Source: Mobula hypostoma (lineage: Eukaryota). From it: a stretch of DNA of 64,000 bases. Shown here piece after piece: positions 38,502 through 49,360 of the stretch (the stretch's first letter is position 1; each line of letters opens with the position of its first letter). The DNA is taken from contig NC_086097.1 of NCBI RefSeq assembly GCF_963921235.1, positions 229,588,001 to 229,652,000 on the forward strand, written 5' to 3'. The position numbers were made by a program, and so were the translations under genes. Under the pieces are notes generated by a model. The model was given only the letters and a program-made list of their open reading frames with translations. It did no database searches and was not told where the DNA came from.

Positions 38502-40004
38502 CAGGTTCCTGCCAAACCTAGCTACTGTGATCTCATTACCACAGATCAGGAAGAAATTGCAATGGGCGAAACAGCGTGAGGTGGCTTTCTAAAAGGAGAT
38601 GGTGATATCAGACACTGTACTCACATATTATGATCTATATCATCCAGTGAAACTTGCCTGTGATGCTCCACCGTAAGGTATAGGTGCAGTCACGTCGCAT
38701 GTTATGAGTTATGGAAGTGAACACCCTATAACATATGCATCATGTTCCCTTACCACTGCAGAGAAAAATTTCACACAGATTGACAGAGAGGCCTTCAGTC
38801 TGGTTTGGGGTTTAAAACATTTCAACCAGTACCTGCATGGCAAAGAGTTTACCCTCATTACCACTCATCAACCACCAGTATCTATTTTCAATCCACAGAA
38901 GGGTGTTCCACTAACAGCAGCATAAATGCAGAGATACTATTTCAAGAGGACAATTAATCATAGAAATGCTGATAGATTGTTCCATTTACCCTTGGAAAAA
39001 GAAACACCTGAAAAATTTACAAAAAAGGACACTGCTCTTGATGTATTTTCCCTATTGCAAATGAAATATTTTCTTATTACAGCAGAGATGATCCAAAGGG
39101 AAACCAGAAAAGGCCCTGCACTGTCTCAGGTCTGTACGGCCACATAAAATGGCTGGAATGTCCAGCAAAAATTCTAGTTCCTCATTTTTACCAGTGCTGG
39201 GATGAACTTGCCCTTGATGGGGGTGGCCTTATATGGGGATTGAGATTTGCTGAGAGCTAAGGTGTTGGAGGAGCTACATGCCAACCATCTAGGCATGGTC
39301 AGAATGGATACATTGGCTCAAAGCTTTGTCTGGTGGCATGGGATAGATCAGCAGATTGAGTGGCTTGCATGCACTGTTCAGAATGCCAACACATCAGGCA
39401 GCTGCCAAGAGCAGCATCTCTCCATCCCCAGAAATGACCTGCATTCTCCTGGCAGAGAATCCATATGAATTTTGCTGAACCATTCATGAGCACAAATTTC
39501 TTGGTCATACACTTGAAATATTATATTCAGTTTTGGTCATCCTGCTATAGAAAAAATGTTATTAAACTGGAAAGAGTCTGGGAAAGATTTAAAAGATTGC
39601 CAGGACTTGAGGGATTAAGTTATAGGGAGAGGTTGGACAAGCTTATTGAGAAAGTAAAGAGGCATGGGATCCAACGGGACATTGCTCTGGGGATCCAGAA
39701 CTGACTTGCCCACAGAAGATAAAGACTAGTTGTAGACAGGTCATATTCTGCATGGAGGTCGGTGACCAGTGGTGTGCCTCAGGGATCTGTTCTGGGACGC
39801 TTACTCTTCATGAATTTTTTATAAGTGACCTGGATGAGGAAGTGGAGGGATGGGTTAGTAAGTTTGCTGATGACACAAAGGTTGGGGGTGTTGTGGATTG
39901 TGTGGAGGGCTGAGAAGTGGCAGATGGAGTTCAACCCAGATAAGTATGAAGTAGTTCATTTTGGTAGATCAAATACGATGGCAGAATATAGTATTAATGG
40001 TAAA

Positions 40005-43000
40005 TGATGTCAGGTCACTTGTCTAAGTGCTACTGGTACCATGTAACCCAGTACTACCTGTCGCATGGTCGGGTGGTCGGTGACTAAACCGGCTCCCCCA
40101 CCAGGCTTGCCTGCTGAGGAGGGTGGCTAGACACCCTGCAGGACGAAAAACAAGATCTGTCAAAGGGCGGATGAACCCTCTCGTGGGGTCAACGGCCATC
40201 TAGCAAATACGTGCCGTGAAGCGCGGAAAGGGCATCCCTTGCGTCGAAGCTTGGTCTGGCCATTCACTGCAACAGAACCTCCCCCAGCCGTCTTGGACCC
40301 CACCATGCCGCTGGATCCGGGAGAGGATGTCGAGAGGGTGGGTCTGGACCTGTGCAACCCCCTACTCACCTAAAATCCATTCACGCACACGCTGTTCCTT
40401 TCTGAGGAGTGGGGTATCCTCAACACATCCAAGTCCTGTAGCGACAGACAAGTGGCGAAGTGGTAGGCTTGACCAGCTGGGAGCCGTAGTCACAAGTCTG
40501 CGTGCAGGTGGCAGGGGGAGAGTGGTTGCACATGGATCACAGAGCGGAGATCCGGTGAGGCAGCGGGGGAGAGTGGCCGCACGTGGATCACAGAGCAGAG
40601 ATCCGGTGAGGCGGCAGGGGGAGAGTGGTTGCACATGGATTATAGAGCGGAGATCCGGTGAGGCGGCAGGGGGAGAGTGGTTGCACATGGATTATAGAGC
40701 GGAGATACAGTGAGGCAGCGGGGGAGAGTGGTCGCACATGGATCACAGAGTGGAGATCCGGTGAGGCAGCGGGGGAGAGTGGCCGCACGTGGATCACAGA
40801 GCGGAGATCCGGTGAGGCAGCGGGGGAGAGTGGCCGCACGTGGATCACAGAGCGGAGATCCAGTGAGGCGGCAGGGGGAGAGTGGTTGCACATGGATTAT
40901 AGAGCGGAGATCCGGTGAGGCGGCAGGGGGAGAGTGGTTGCACATGGATTATAGAGCGGAGATCCGGTGAGGCGGCAGGGGGAGAGTGGTTGCACATGGA
41001 TTATAGAGCGGAGATCCGGTGAGGCGGCAGGGAGAGAGTGGTTGCACATGGATTATAGAGCGGAGATCCAGTGAGGCGGCAGGGGGAGAGTGGTTGCACA
41101 TGGATTATAGAGCGGAGATCCGGTGAGGCAGCGGGGAAGAGTGGTCGCACATGGATCACAGAGCGGAGATCCGGTGAGGCAGCGGGGAAGAGTGGCCGCA
41201 CGTGGATCACAGAGCGGAGATCCGGTGAGGCAGCGGGGGAGAGTGGCCGCACGTGGATCACAGAGCGGAGATCCAGTGAGGCGGCAGGGGGAGAGTGGTT
41301 GCACATGGATTATAGAGCAGAGATCCGGTGAGGCAGTGGGGGAGAGTGGCCGCACGTGGATCACAGAGCGGAGATCCAGTGAGGCGGCGGGGGAGAGTGG
41401 TTGCACATGGATTATAGAGTGGAGATCCAGTGAGGCAGCGGGGGAGAGTGGTCGCACGCGGATTACAGAGCGGAGATCCGGTGAGGCAGCAGGGGGAGAG
41501 TGGTTGCACATGGATTACAGAGCAGGGATCTGGTGAGGCAGCACCCTCTGCGTCTGAGCAGCCCTGTTTAGAGACGCACTGCTCACCCTTTAATTAGGGA
41601 AGGGCCTCGAAAAGGTAGTTCAAGCAAAACCCGCTCACACCAACCTGGCCAGTCTGCTGCGGCTGGCAGATCGTCCAACTCTCACGGTAAGAATCACAAG
41701 CAGAATCTGATCGTCACCTCATGGAACATACGAACTCTGCTGGACGATGCTAACTCAGATCGCCCAGAGAGACGCACTGCACTTGTTGCTCGTGTGCTCA
41801 AGGACTACAGAGTGGGCACTGCGGCTCTCCAGGAGTCCCGACTCGCTGGAGAAGGCGCGCTTTGTGAAGAGAAAGGAGGGTACACATTCTTCTGGTCTGG
41901 CAGGCCCGAAGAAGAACGAAGAGAATCTGGTGTGTGCTTGGCTATCAAGAACTGCCTCGCAGCAAAGCTACCAACCCTGCCTGTTGCTGTAAATGACCGA
42001 ATCCAGACCTTATGTACACCTCTGCAAGGAAAACGCCACCTCACCACAGTCAACGTTTACGCCCCAACTCTGACTAGTCCCAGTGAAGTCAAGCAGGCAT
42101 TCTACAGTGAGCTGAAAACCACCATCAGTAGTGTGGCAACTTCCGATAAACTGCTGTTGCTGGGAGACCTTAATGCTTGGGTTGGCAAGGAGTCCACTGT
42201 GTGGCCTGGTGTGATTGGACACCAAGGGGTTGGCAACAGTAACGGTAATGGTCTACTACTCCTCTCGATGTGCACAGAATTCAAACTGTGCATTACTAAC
42301 ACACTGTTCAGATTGCCAGACAAGTTCAAACGCACATAAATGCATCCACGATCTAAAAGCTGGAATCTCATTGACCATGTCATCACCCGACAACGAGACA
42401 TCTCTGACATTCGTATCACCAGAGCTAAGCGTGGAACTGAGTGCTCAACTGATCATCAAATGGTGTGGTCGGATCTATGTCTATCGATCAAACCTCCACG
42501 CAGACTGAATGCTGCCAAACCACCAAAAAATCTGAACACCACCAAACTGAAACATCACGAGTGTGCTGATGCCCTGAAATCCTCCATGAAAACTGCTCTA
42601 AGCAGACTGGTTGAGAATCCACCAGACGATATTACTGAGCACTGGAATGCCTTCAAAGAAACGGTGTACAGCATGGCCCAGGACATCTCAGGGAAAGTCA
42701 AGCTCTAACATCAGGACTGGTTTGAGAGCAACCAGTCTGTGCAAGACCTTCTAAGAGCTAAGGCAGATACACACCAGGCTCTTCTTCGACACCCAGACTC
42801 AAGTTCCAAAAAACCTGCCCCTTTGAGAGCAAAGTCCACTCTGCAGAGGCAGCTCAGAGCTATGAAAGACCAGTGGTGGGCGAACAAGGCCAAGGAGTTA
42901 CAAGCCTTCGCTGACTGTAATGACTTAAGAAGCTTCTATGAAGCAATCAAGGTTGTGTATGGTCCATCAAAACAAGGCACTTCACAACTCCTGAGCAAGG

Positions 43001-44888
43001 ACAGTACATCCATCTTCACTGAGAAGTCAGAGCACATGAACACTTCCACGAGCTGCTGAACAGACCAGGAACCATCACTAATGAAGCACCGGGCAGAGCA
43101 CACCCCCGACCCTACTGTTCGATCTAGATGCTCCCCCTACTCTTCATGAGGTCATCAAAGCCATCAAACGGCTAAAACCCAACAAAGCACCAGGGCCTGA
43201 CGGTATTGCAGCCGAGATCTACCAGTATGGTGGTCACACATTGACATCATGCCCTGCACCAGCTGTTCACAAAGTTGTGGGGAGCTGCAGAACTACCACA
43301 AGACTTTAAAGACGCATCAATCGTGACCATCTACAAGAACAAGGGAGACAAGAGAGACTGCAACAATTACCGTGGCATCTCTCTTCTGTCAGTTGCGGGA
43401 AAATGCCTCGCAAAGATCATCCTTAGATGCTTGGTGTCCAACATCAGTGACAACATCCTTCCAGAAAGCCAGTGTGGTTTTCAAACAGGCTGTAGTACAG
43501 TGGATATGATCTTTTCACTGAGGCAGCTCCAAGAGAAAAGTGTTGAGTAGCAGAGAAGTCTCTATGTCACACTTGTTGATCTAACCAAACCATTTGACAC
43601 TGTTGGTAGAGATGGCCTGTGGAAGCTCCTACCAAAATTCGGTTGGCCCCCACACCTAACCAACATCATCCGTCAGTTCCACAAAGGCATGGAAGGCTGC
43701 ATCAACATGTGTGGTGAGTTGTCAGACCCATTTTCCATCAGCAACAGCGCAAAACAGGGTTGTGTTCTGGCTCCTACTCTGTTTGGACTATTCTTCGCTG
43801 CTGTTCTTCAGGATGCCACATCAGACCTGAAGTTAGGGGTCTTCCTATAAACGAGGGCTCCTCAACCTCACAAGACTGAGAGCAAAAACAAAAGTCAGGG
43901 ACATTGTGGCGCATGAGCTACAGTTTGCTGATGACTGTGCACTGGTTGCCCACTCTCTCGAAGACTTACAGAAGGTCACCAGTCACTTTGCCAGTTTAGC
44001 CCAAAGCTTGAAAATCAGCCTGAAAAAGACGGAAGTTTTGTACCAACCGGCTCCTGGCTCAAGTACGAAGAACGAACTGTCCTCATTGATGACACTCGTC
44101 TCAATGCTGTCAACAAGTTTTGCTACCTGGGCAGCATAATACCATCCTCAGCTTCTCTGGATGTAGAGGTTGAGTCAAGAACCAGAAAAGCCTGCTTTGC
44201 CTTTGGTCAGCTGAAAGATCGCGATTGGCCACAGAACATCAGGTTGGCCACCAAGTGCAAGGTATACAGGGCCGTTGTCATATCAACCTTGTTATACGGA
44301 TGTGAGACATGGTGCCCATATCAGAGACACTTACGCCAGCTTGACCAACTGCAGCAGCATCACCTACGCTCTCTGATGAAGATCAGCTGGTGAGACAAGG
44401 TCTCCAATACCAAGGTCATCTCTCGAGCCAGAATGCCAGCCCAACTGCACTGGGCAGGAAATGTTGTCAGAGTGCCTGACGGAAGACTGCCCAAGGACAT
44501 CTTGTACGGCCAACTGTCCAGTGGTACTCGAAAGCGACTACGGTACAAGGATGTTCCGCACAGGAGCCTCAAGAAAGCTGACATTGCCCCATCAACATGG
44601 GAGGATCTGGTTTAAGATCGCGCACAGTAGAGGGACGCCATCAGAAAAGGTGTGGACGCTGCTGAGAACGAGCTCAACGAGGCAACAGAGGAAAGGTACA
44701 GGAAGCGCCACAACAGAGCTTCTGCCCCTGCTGCCCCTCCAGGCCTCACCTGCCAAGTATGTGGCAAGCAGTGCCTGTCAAAGGATCGGCCTGTACAGCC
44801 ACTCCAGGATGCAGATATCAAAACCCACTAACTGACCGAGGGGAGAGAGAGGGAGTGGAGGAGAGGGGGAGGGGGAGGGGGGAGAGAG
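40005..44888 (+). mobile_element. Full-length RTE-clade LINE (4.9 kb) with ~1.7-kb 5' leader; ORF disrupted
   Basis: TSD TAATGGTAAA (39995-40004, 44889-44898); WNIRTL, ALQESR, VYAPT, LGDLNA, IDH, TDH, NYRGISLLS, PESQCGF, KQGCVLAP, FADD; C-terminal CQVCGK.C....GLYSH; GA-rich tail; multiple stops and frameshifts. Confidence 0.95.
40509..41542 (+). repeat. Tandem array, 20 units of 51/52 bp, in the RTE 5' leader
   Basis: Unit A ggcagggggagagtggttgcacatggattatagagcggagatccggtgaggc (52 bp); unit B agcgggggagagtggccgcacgtggatcacagagcggagatccggtgaggc (51 bp); counted by eye. Confidence 0.97.
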
Positions 44889-45791
44889 TAATGGTAAAAT
44901 TCTTGGCAGTGTGGAGGATCAGAGGGATTTCGGGGTCCAAGTCCACAGGACACTCAAAGCAGCTGTTTTAGTTGACTCTGTGGTTAAGAAGGCGTATGGT
45001 GCATTGGCCTTTATCAATCGTGGAATTGAATTTAGGAGCTGCGAGGTAATGTTGCAGCTATATAGGACCCTGGTCAGACCACACTTGGAGTACAGTGCTC
45101 AGTTCTGGTCGCCTCACTACAGGAAGGACGTGGAAACCATAGAAAGGGAGCAGAGGAGATTTACTAGGATGTTGCCTGGATTGGGGAGCATGCCTTATGA
45201 AAACAGGTTGAGTGAACTCGGCCTTTTCTCCTTGGGGCGACGGAGAATGAGAGGTGACCTGATAGAGGTGTATAAGATGATGAAAGGCATTGATCGTGTG
45301 GATAGTCAGAGGCTTTTTCCCCAGGGCTGAAATGGCTGCCACAAGAAGGCACAAGTTTAAGGTGCTTGGAAGTAGGTACAGAGGAGATGTCAGGGGTACG
45401 TTTTTTTTTTAAACACAGAGAGTGGTGAGTGCATGGAATGGGCTGCCGGCAGTGGTGGTGGAGGCAGAAACAATAAGATCTTTTAAGAGACTCCTGGATG
45501 GCTACATGGAGCTTAGAAAAATAGAGGGCTATAGGTAAAGCCTAGGTAGTTCTAAAGTAGGGACATGTTCGGTGCAGCTTTGTGGGCCGAAGGGCCTGTG
45601 TTGTGCTGTATGTTTTCTATGTTTCTATAGTGGCCAGAGATGTTCCCAGTAGTCTCCACTACAGCCCCACACACTACTGATGTGCGAGAAGCCTCTTGTC
45701 AAGGACTGGTGTTCCAGAACACTTAGTCAGTGACAATGAACAACAGTTTGCTGTCGAACAGTTTCAGTCATTCCTGAACATGAATGGAATA

Positions 45792-46183
45792 TGACACAAA
45801 GGTTGGGGGTGTTGTGGATAGTGTGGAGGGCTGTCAGAGGTTACAGCAGGACATTGATAGGATGCAAAACTGGCCTGAAAAGTGGCAGATGGAGTTCAAC
45901 CCAGATAAGTGTGAAGTAGTTCATTTTGGTAGGTCAAATATGATGGCAGAATATAGCATTAATATAATATAGTATCCACCTCCACCACCGCTGCCGGCAA
46001 CAGTGGTGGAGGCGGATACGATAAGGTCTTTTAAGAGACTTTTGGGTAGGTACGTGGAGCTTAGAAAAATAGAGGGCTATGGGTCAGCCTAGTAATCTCT
46101 AAGGTAGGGACATGTTCGGTACAACTTTGTAGGCCGAAGGGCCTGTATTGTGCTATAGGTTTTCTATGTTTCAATGTTTCTAT
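45792..46183 (+). mobile_element. Internally deleted CR1 inserted in the Gypsy integrase
   Basis: DTKVGGVVDS...KCEVVHFG joined to a 3' UTR; the integrase reads ...MNGI / ITSAPYHP across it. Confidence 0.88.
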
Positions 46184-47493
46184 ATTACATCTGCACCGTA
46201 CCACCCAGTTACAAATGGCTTGGGGAAAGGTTTGTCCAGAGTCTAAAGAACACACTGCAAGTAATGTCAGCAGAACACACTACAGTGACACAGAATCAGA
46301 TGCTCACCAATTTCCACTTTGCATATCACAATAGAGCTGTTCCAGGGTCATCTCTTGGATCTCCTCAAACCCAATCTCACAAGGAGTATGCAGGACAACC
46401 AGCTGAGACAAATTGAGGGCTGCTCAAACAAGGTGGTTCACACTTTCATTCCTGGACAAGCAGTCATGGCAAGTGACTACAGAGATGATCAAAAGTGGGT
46501 ACTTAGAAAGATTAAGGATAGAACGCGAACACTGTCCTATACAGTGGAGACTGCGTCTGATGTCATCTGAAGATGACACATTGATCAGTTGAGGAGGGCA
46601 GAGGCAATTGTTAGAGAAGAAGAGTGTCTAAAGCAATCAGAACCTCTTCCCGTAGTCCCAGAGTCAACTCGTACAACTATCACGGAGGACACCCCAAAAT
46701 CTGAGATTGTTCCACAGCCTCACTTGATAATGTCTCAAGCACAGTGACCCCTTTTTTAGGAAACACTTTATCTCACAACAGTAAGAAATCCTCCACAGTG
46801 ATTAAATCTTTAGGCCTGAATGGGACAATGTAAAATTTATTATGCCATGGATGTCTATATAGTAGCTGTATTATACAGAAAAGTGAGAAAAAAATATATA
46901 TATAAAAAGAGAGAGAGAGATTGAGATTGGAGTTGAGATGCATTCAATATTCACCTGGAGTTTATAACTAAGCAGTGTGGAGTGCAGTGTATTCAATATT
47001 TCAGTAATATTGAAAATATTAAGTATTTTTGTTTACATAATTCATTGTGTTATATGCAAAAAGTACATGAATAACATACATCATTATGCCAGTGTGAGCA
47101 CCATACTAAAGAAAAACTAAGTAAAAATCTCAGCTCTTGTGTTTTTCTTTAAATACAAAAGATAACAATTAACTTTTGTTCTTTATAGCCCATGCCTCAT
47201 GAGAAATCTAAAATTTCTCTTTTGGGTTAGTCAAGAGGAAAAAAAGATTGTTTTCCAATTTCTTCCCTTTGAAATATATATCTACAAATTGTTAATAACA
47301 TTGGACTCAATTGACATACAGTACTTAACACAAAAATGTTGCCAATATTTCCACTTCGAGTTCAAATCTGAGGATGACCAGAAAAACAAGATGTAGTCCA
47401 TTCAAGAGTGATTACATACTGTTAACATATCATGAAAACGTTCTAATTATTGTGCAACACACACACACAAAGTGCTTACACTAATTCTTGTAC

Positions 47494-47554
47494 CTGAAAT
47501 TAAGCGGCAAATTGCTCTTCTTCAACAATTTCCCACTGGAATTTCTCATTTTTT
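47494..47554 (-). CDS. Host gene exon 2 (EKMRNSSGKLLKKSNLPLNF+2 nt)
   Basis: Acceptor tattttctttctag|, donor CAG|GTACAA. Only one frame is open. It ends in phase 2, matching the start phase of exon 16815-16910. Confidence 0.7.
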
Positions 47555-47599
47555 CTAGAAAGAAAATATAAATTAACTTTTTAACAAACTTTTAAGGCA

Positions 47600-48150
47600 A
47601 TAGGATTCAACAGTTAAGCGATACGCTTCGTCAAGCAAGAATTGACTCACTATCAAGACTAAATAAAACACAAGACCAAAACTCGTCGTCTTCTGAAGGG
47701 AGCGCCTGTGAACACCTTACTGGTCTTAATGCAGCCTCTAGCATTTCAGCCAAAGTAAAACTTTTCCCCGAAATACGTCTTGTTACTGACAATTTCTGGA
47801 TGACTCTCACCAGACATTTCACTTGGATTCATTCCTTCCTCTACAACCACACTGTACAAAGTTTGCACTGTCAACAGCAGACAAGGTTGCCACAGCAACA
47901 GCTGCCAGTCCCAACTTCCTGGAGACTTGCCGGAACTGGCTCCTGGAGCTGCGTTGGGCGGGACCTTCTATTGAGGCAGCTGGGCTCGCCGCAAACTTTT
48001 TTTTTAATTAGAAAGATTATCTGCAATTACTTTTGTGCGACCCTGATTGATCTCAGTGGGTTACTGTGAGCCTGCCTTAGCTGAAGTTCTTAAAGCTTCA
48101 GCTGATCATCAAACCGGACCGCCTAGAAATGTTGCCACGGGAGATGTTGG
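47600..48150 (-). promoter_or_regulatory. CpG-retaining promoter region of the host gene with RFX X-box motif(s)
   Basis: Non-repetitive, CpG-richer than its flanks, and spans/adjoins exon 1. GTTGCCACAGCAAC at 47886-47899; weaker GTTGCCACGGGAGA at 48131-48144; GC-box-like GGGCGGGA and ETS-like GGAAGT. Confidence 0.65.
47811..47832 (-). CDS. Coiled-coil host gene, coding exon 1 (MNPSEMS+1 nt)
   Basis: ATG at 47832 in context ggaATGa; donor CTG|GTGAGA at 47811/47810; the phase-1 end joins the next exon in frame (TCT G|AA AAA ATG). Confidence 0.6.
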
Positions 48151-48789
48151 AATGTAATGGCTTTTGTGTCTGTGTGGTGCAAAAATTCACTTATACGACG
48201 GATTTTTATGACGGTTGAAGATCGTAGGATGATAATCATTGCTGTCCATGCACACAAAAATTATAATTTGCACTCGCCGGGTGATGAGTGTGGTGATCAG
48301 GCTAACACATTTAACCAGAGACATAAGAAATTCTGCAGATGCTGGAATCTTGAGTGACACGCAAAAATTGCTGGAGAAACTCAGCAAGTCAGACAGCATT
48401 ATGGAGGGAACTGGCTTCTGTTCCCTCCCTTTCCAGACTTGATGAGGTGTCTTGGCAGAAATATTGACTGTTTCTTTCCCTCTGTAGACACTGCCTGACT
48501 TGTTAAGATTCTACATCATTATCAGAATCAGGTTTTTATCACTGCATATGTTGTGAAATTTGTTAGTGATTTGTGTGTGTGTGTTACATATTTAACTATT
48601 TCAGTGGTTGGCTGGCACATTTATCAGCAACCAAACTGCTCAAACTTTTTTTCAGAACTTACTATTTGAAATGGTGGGAATGATGTGACACCTTGTGCAG
48701 TTAGGATATACTGCACTGACTGGTCTTACTTCTTAAACAGTCACTTGGGAACAAGGTTTACTTGCTTTCATTTTGGTTCTGAGATAGCT

Positions 48790-49360
48790 AATGAAGCAAA
48801 TGTTGGACTGCTTTGTCAAGCACTTTTGCTTCATCTGCCAAAAGCAGAACTTCCCAGTAGTCAAACATTCCCATTCCCATTCCCATTCCGATATATCGGC
48901 CCATGCCTCCTCTTGTGTCAAGATGAGGCCACCCTCAGGGTGCAAGAACAACACCTTATATTCCGTCAGAGTTCCTCCAACTTGATGGCATGAATATTGA
49001 TTTCTCCTTCAGGGAAAAAAAAAATCCCTTCCTCTTCCCTCTTTACTCCCCACTCTGACCACTTACCTCTTCCCACCTGCCTATCACCTCCCCTAGGGTC
49101 CCCTCCTCCCATTTTTCCTATGGTCCACTCTCCTCTCCTATCAGATTCCTTCTTCAGCCCCTTACCTTTCCTATCCAGTTGGCTTCACTTCCAGCTTATC
49201 CTCCTTCCCCTTCCCCACTCTGCACCTTTCTATTCTGGCATCTTTCCCCTTCCTTTCTAATCCTGAAGAAGGGGTCTCGGTCTGAAACATCTACTGTTAA
49301 TTTATTTCAATAGATGCTGCCTGACCTGCTGAATTCCTCCAGCATTTTGTGTGTGTTGCT
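48790..49360 (+). mobile_element. Penelope-like 3' fragment (GIY-YIG C-terminus, pyrimidine tract, degenerate hammerhead ~49258-49296)
   Basis: EATLRVQEQHLIFR motif; antisense-homologous to 5307-5670 and 8650-8780. Confidence 0.85.

Larger units (their letters stand above)
39505..45628 (+). mobile_element. CR1 fragments inserted in the Gypsy integrase, themselves split by the RTE
   Basis: CR1 RT text runs to 40004 and resumes at 44889; (tttctatg)n tail at ~45610-45628, after which the integrase frame resumes (WPEMFP). Confidence 0.9.
35797..47167 (+). mobile_element. Degenerate full-length Gypsy (Mag-like) LTR retrotransposon with nested insertions
   Basis: Related LTRs 35797-36026 and 46983-47167 ending ATAACA; gag with CCHC remnants; RT (YPLP, FSKVDL.EAYLQ, YLDD); RNase H; integrase (WQRIH..F..PF, SDN..QF, TSAPYHP.TNG.ERFV) in the expected order; degenerate PPT ~46969-46982. 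Confidence 0.92.

Noticed and set aside
40216..41536. Repetitive ORFs on both strands as real proteins (e.g. an RTE ORF1)
   Set aside because: They are by-products of a GC-rich array; mixed 51/52-bp units shift the frame repeatedly.
40509..41542. CRISPR array
   Set aside because: Units are head-to-tail with no unique spacers, there are no cas genes, and the context is a vertebrate retrotransposon.
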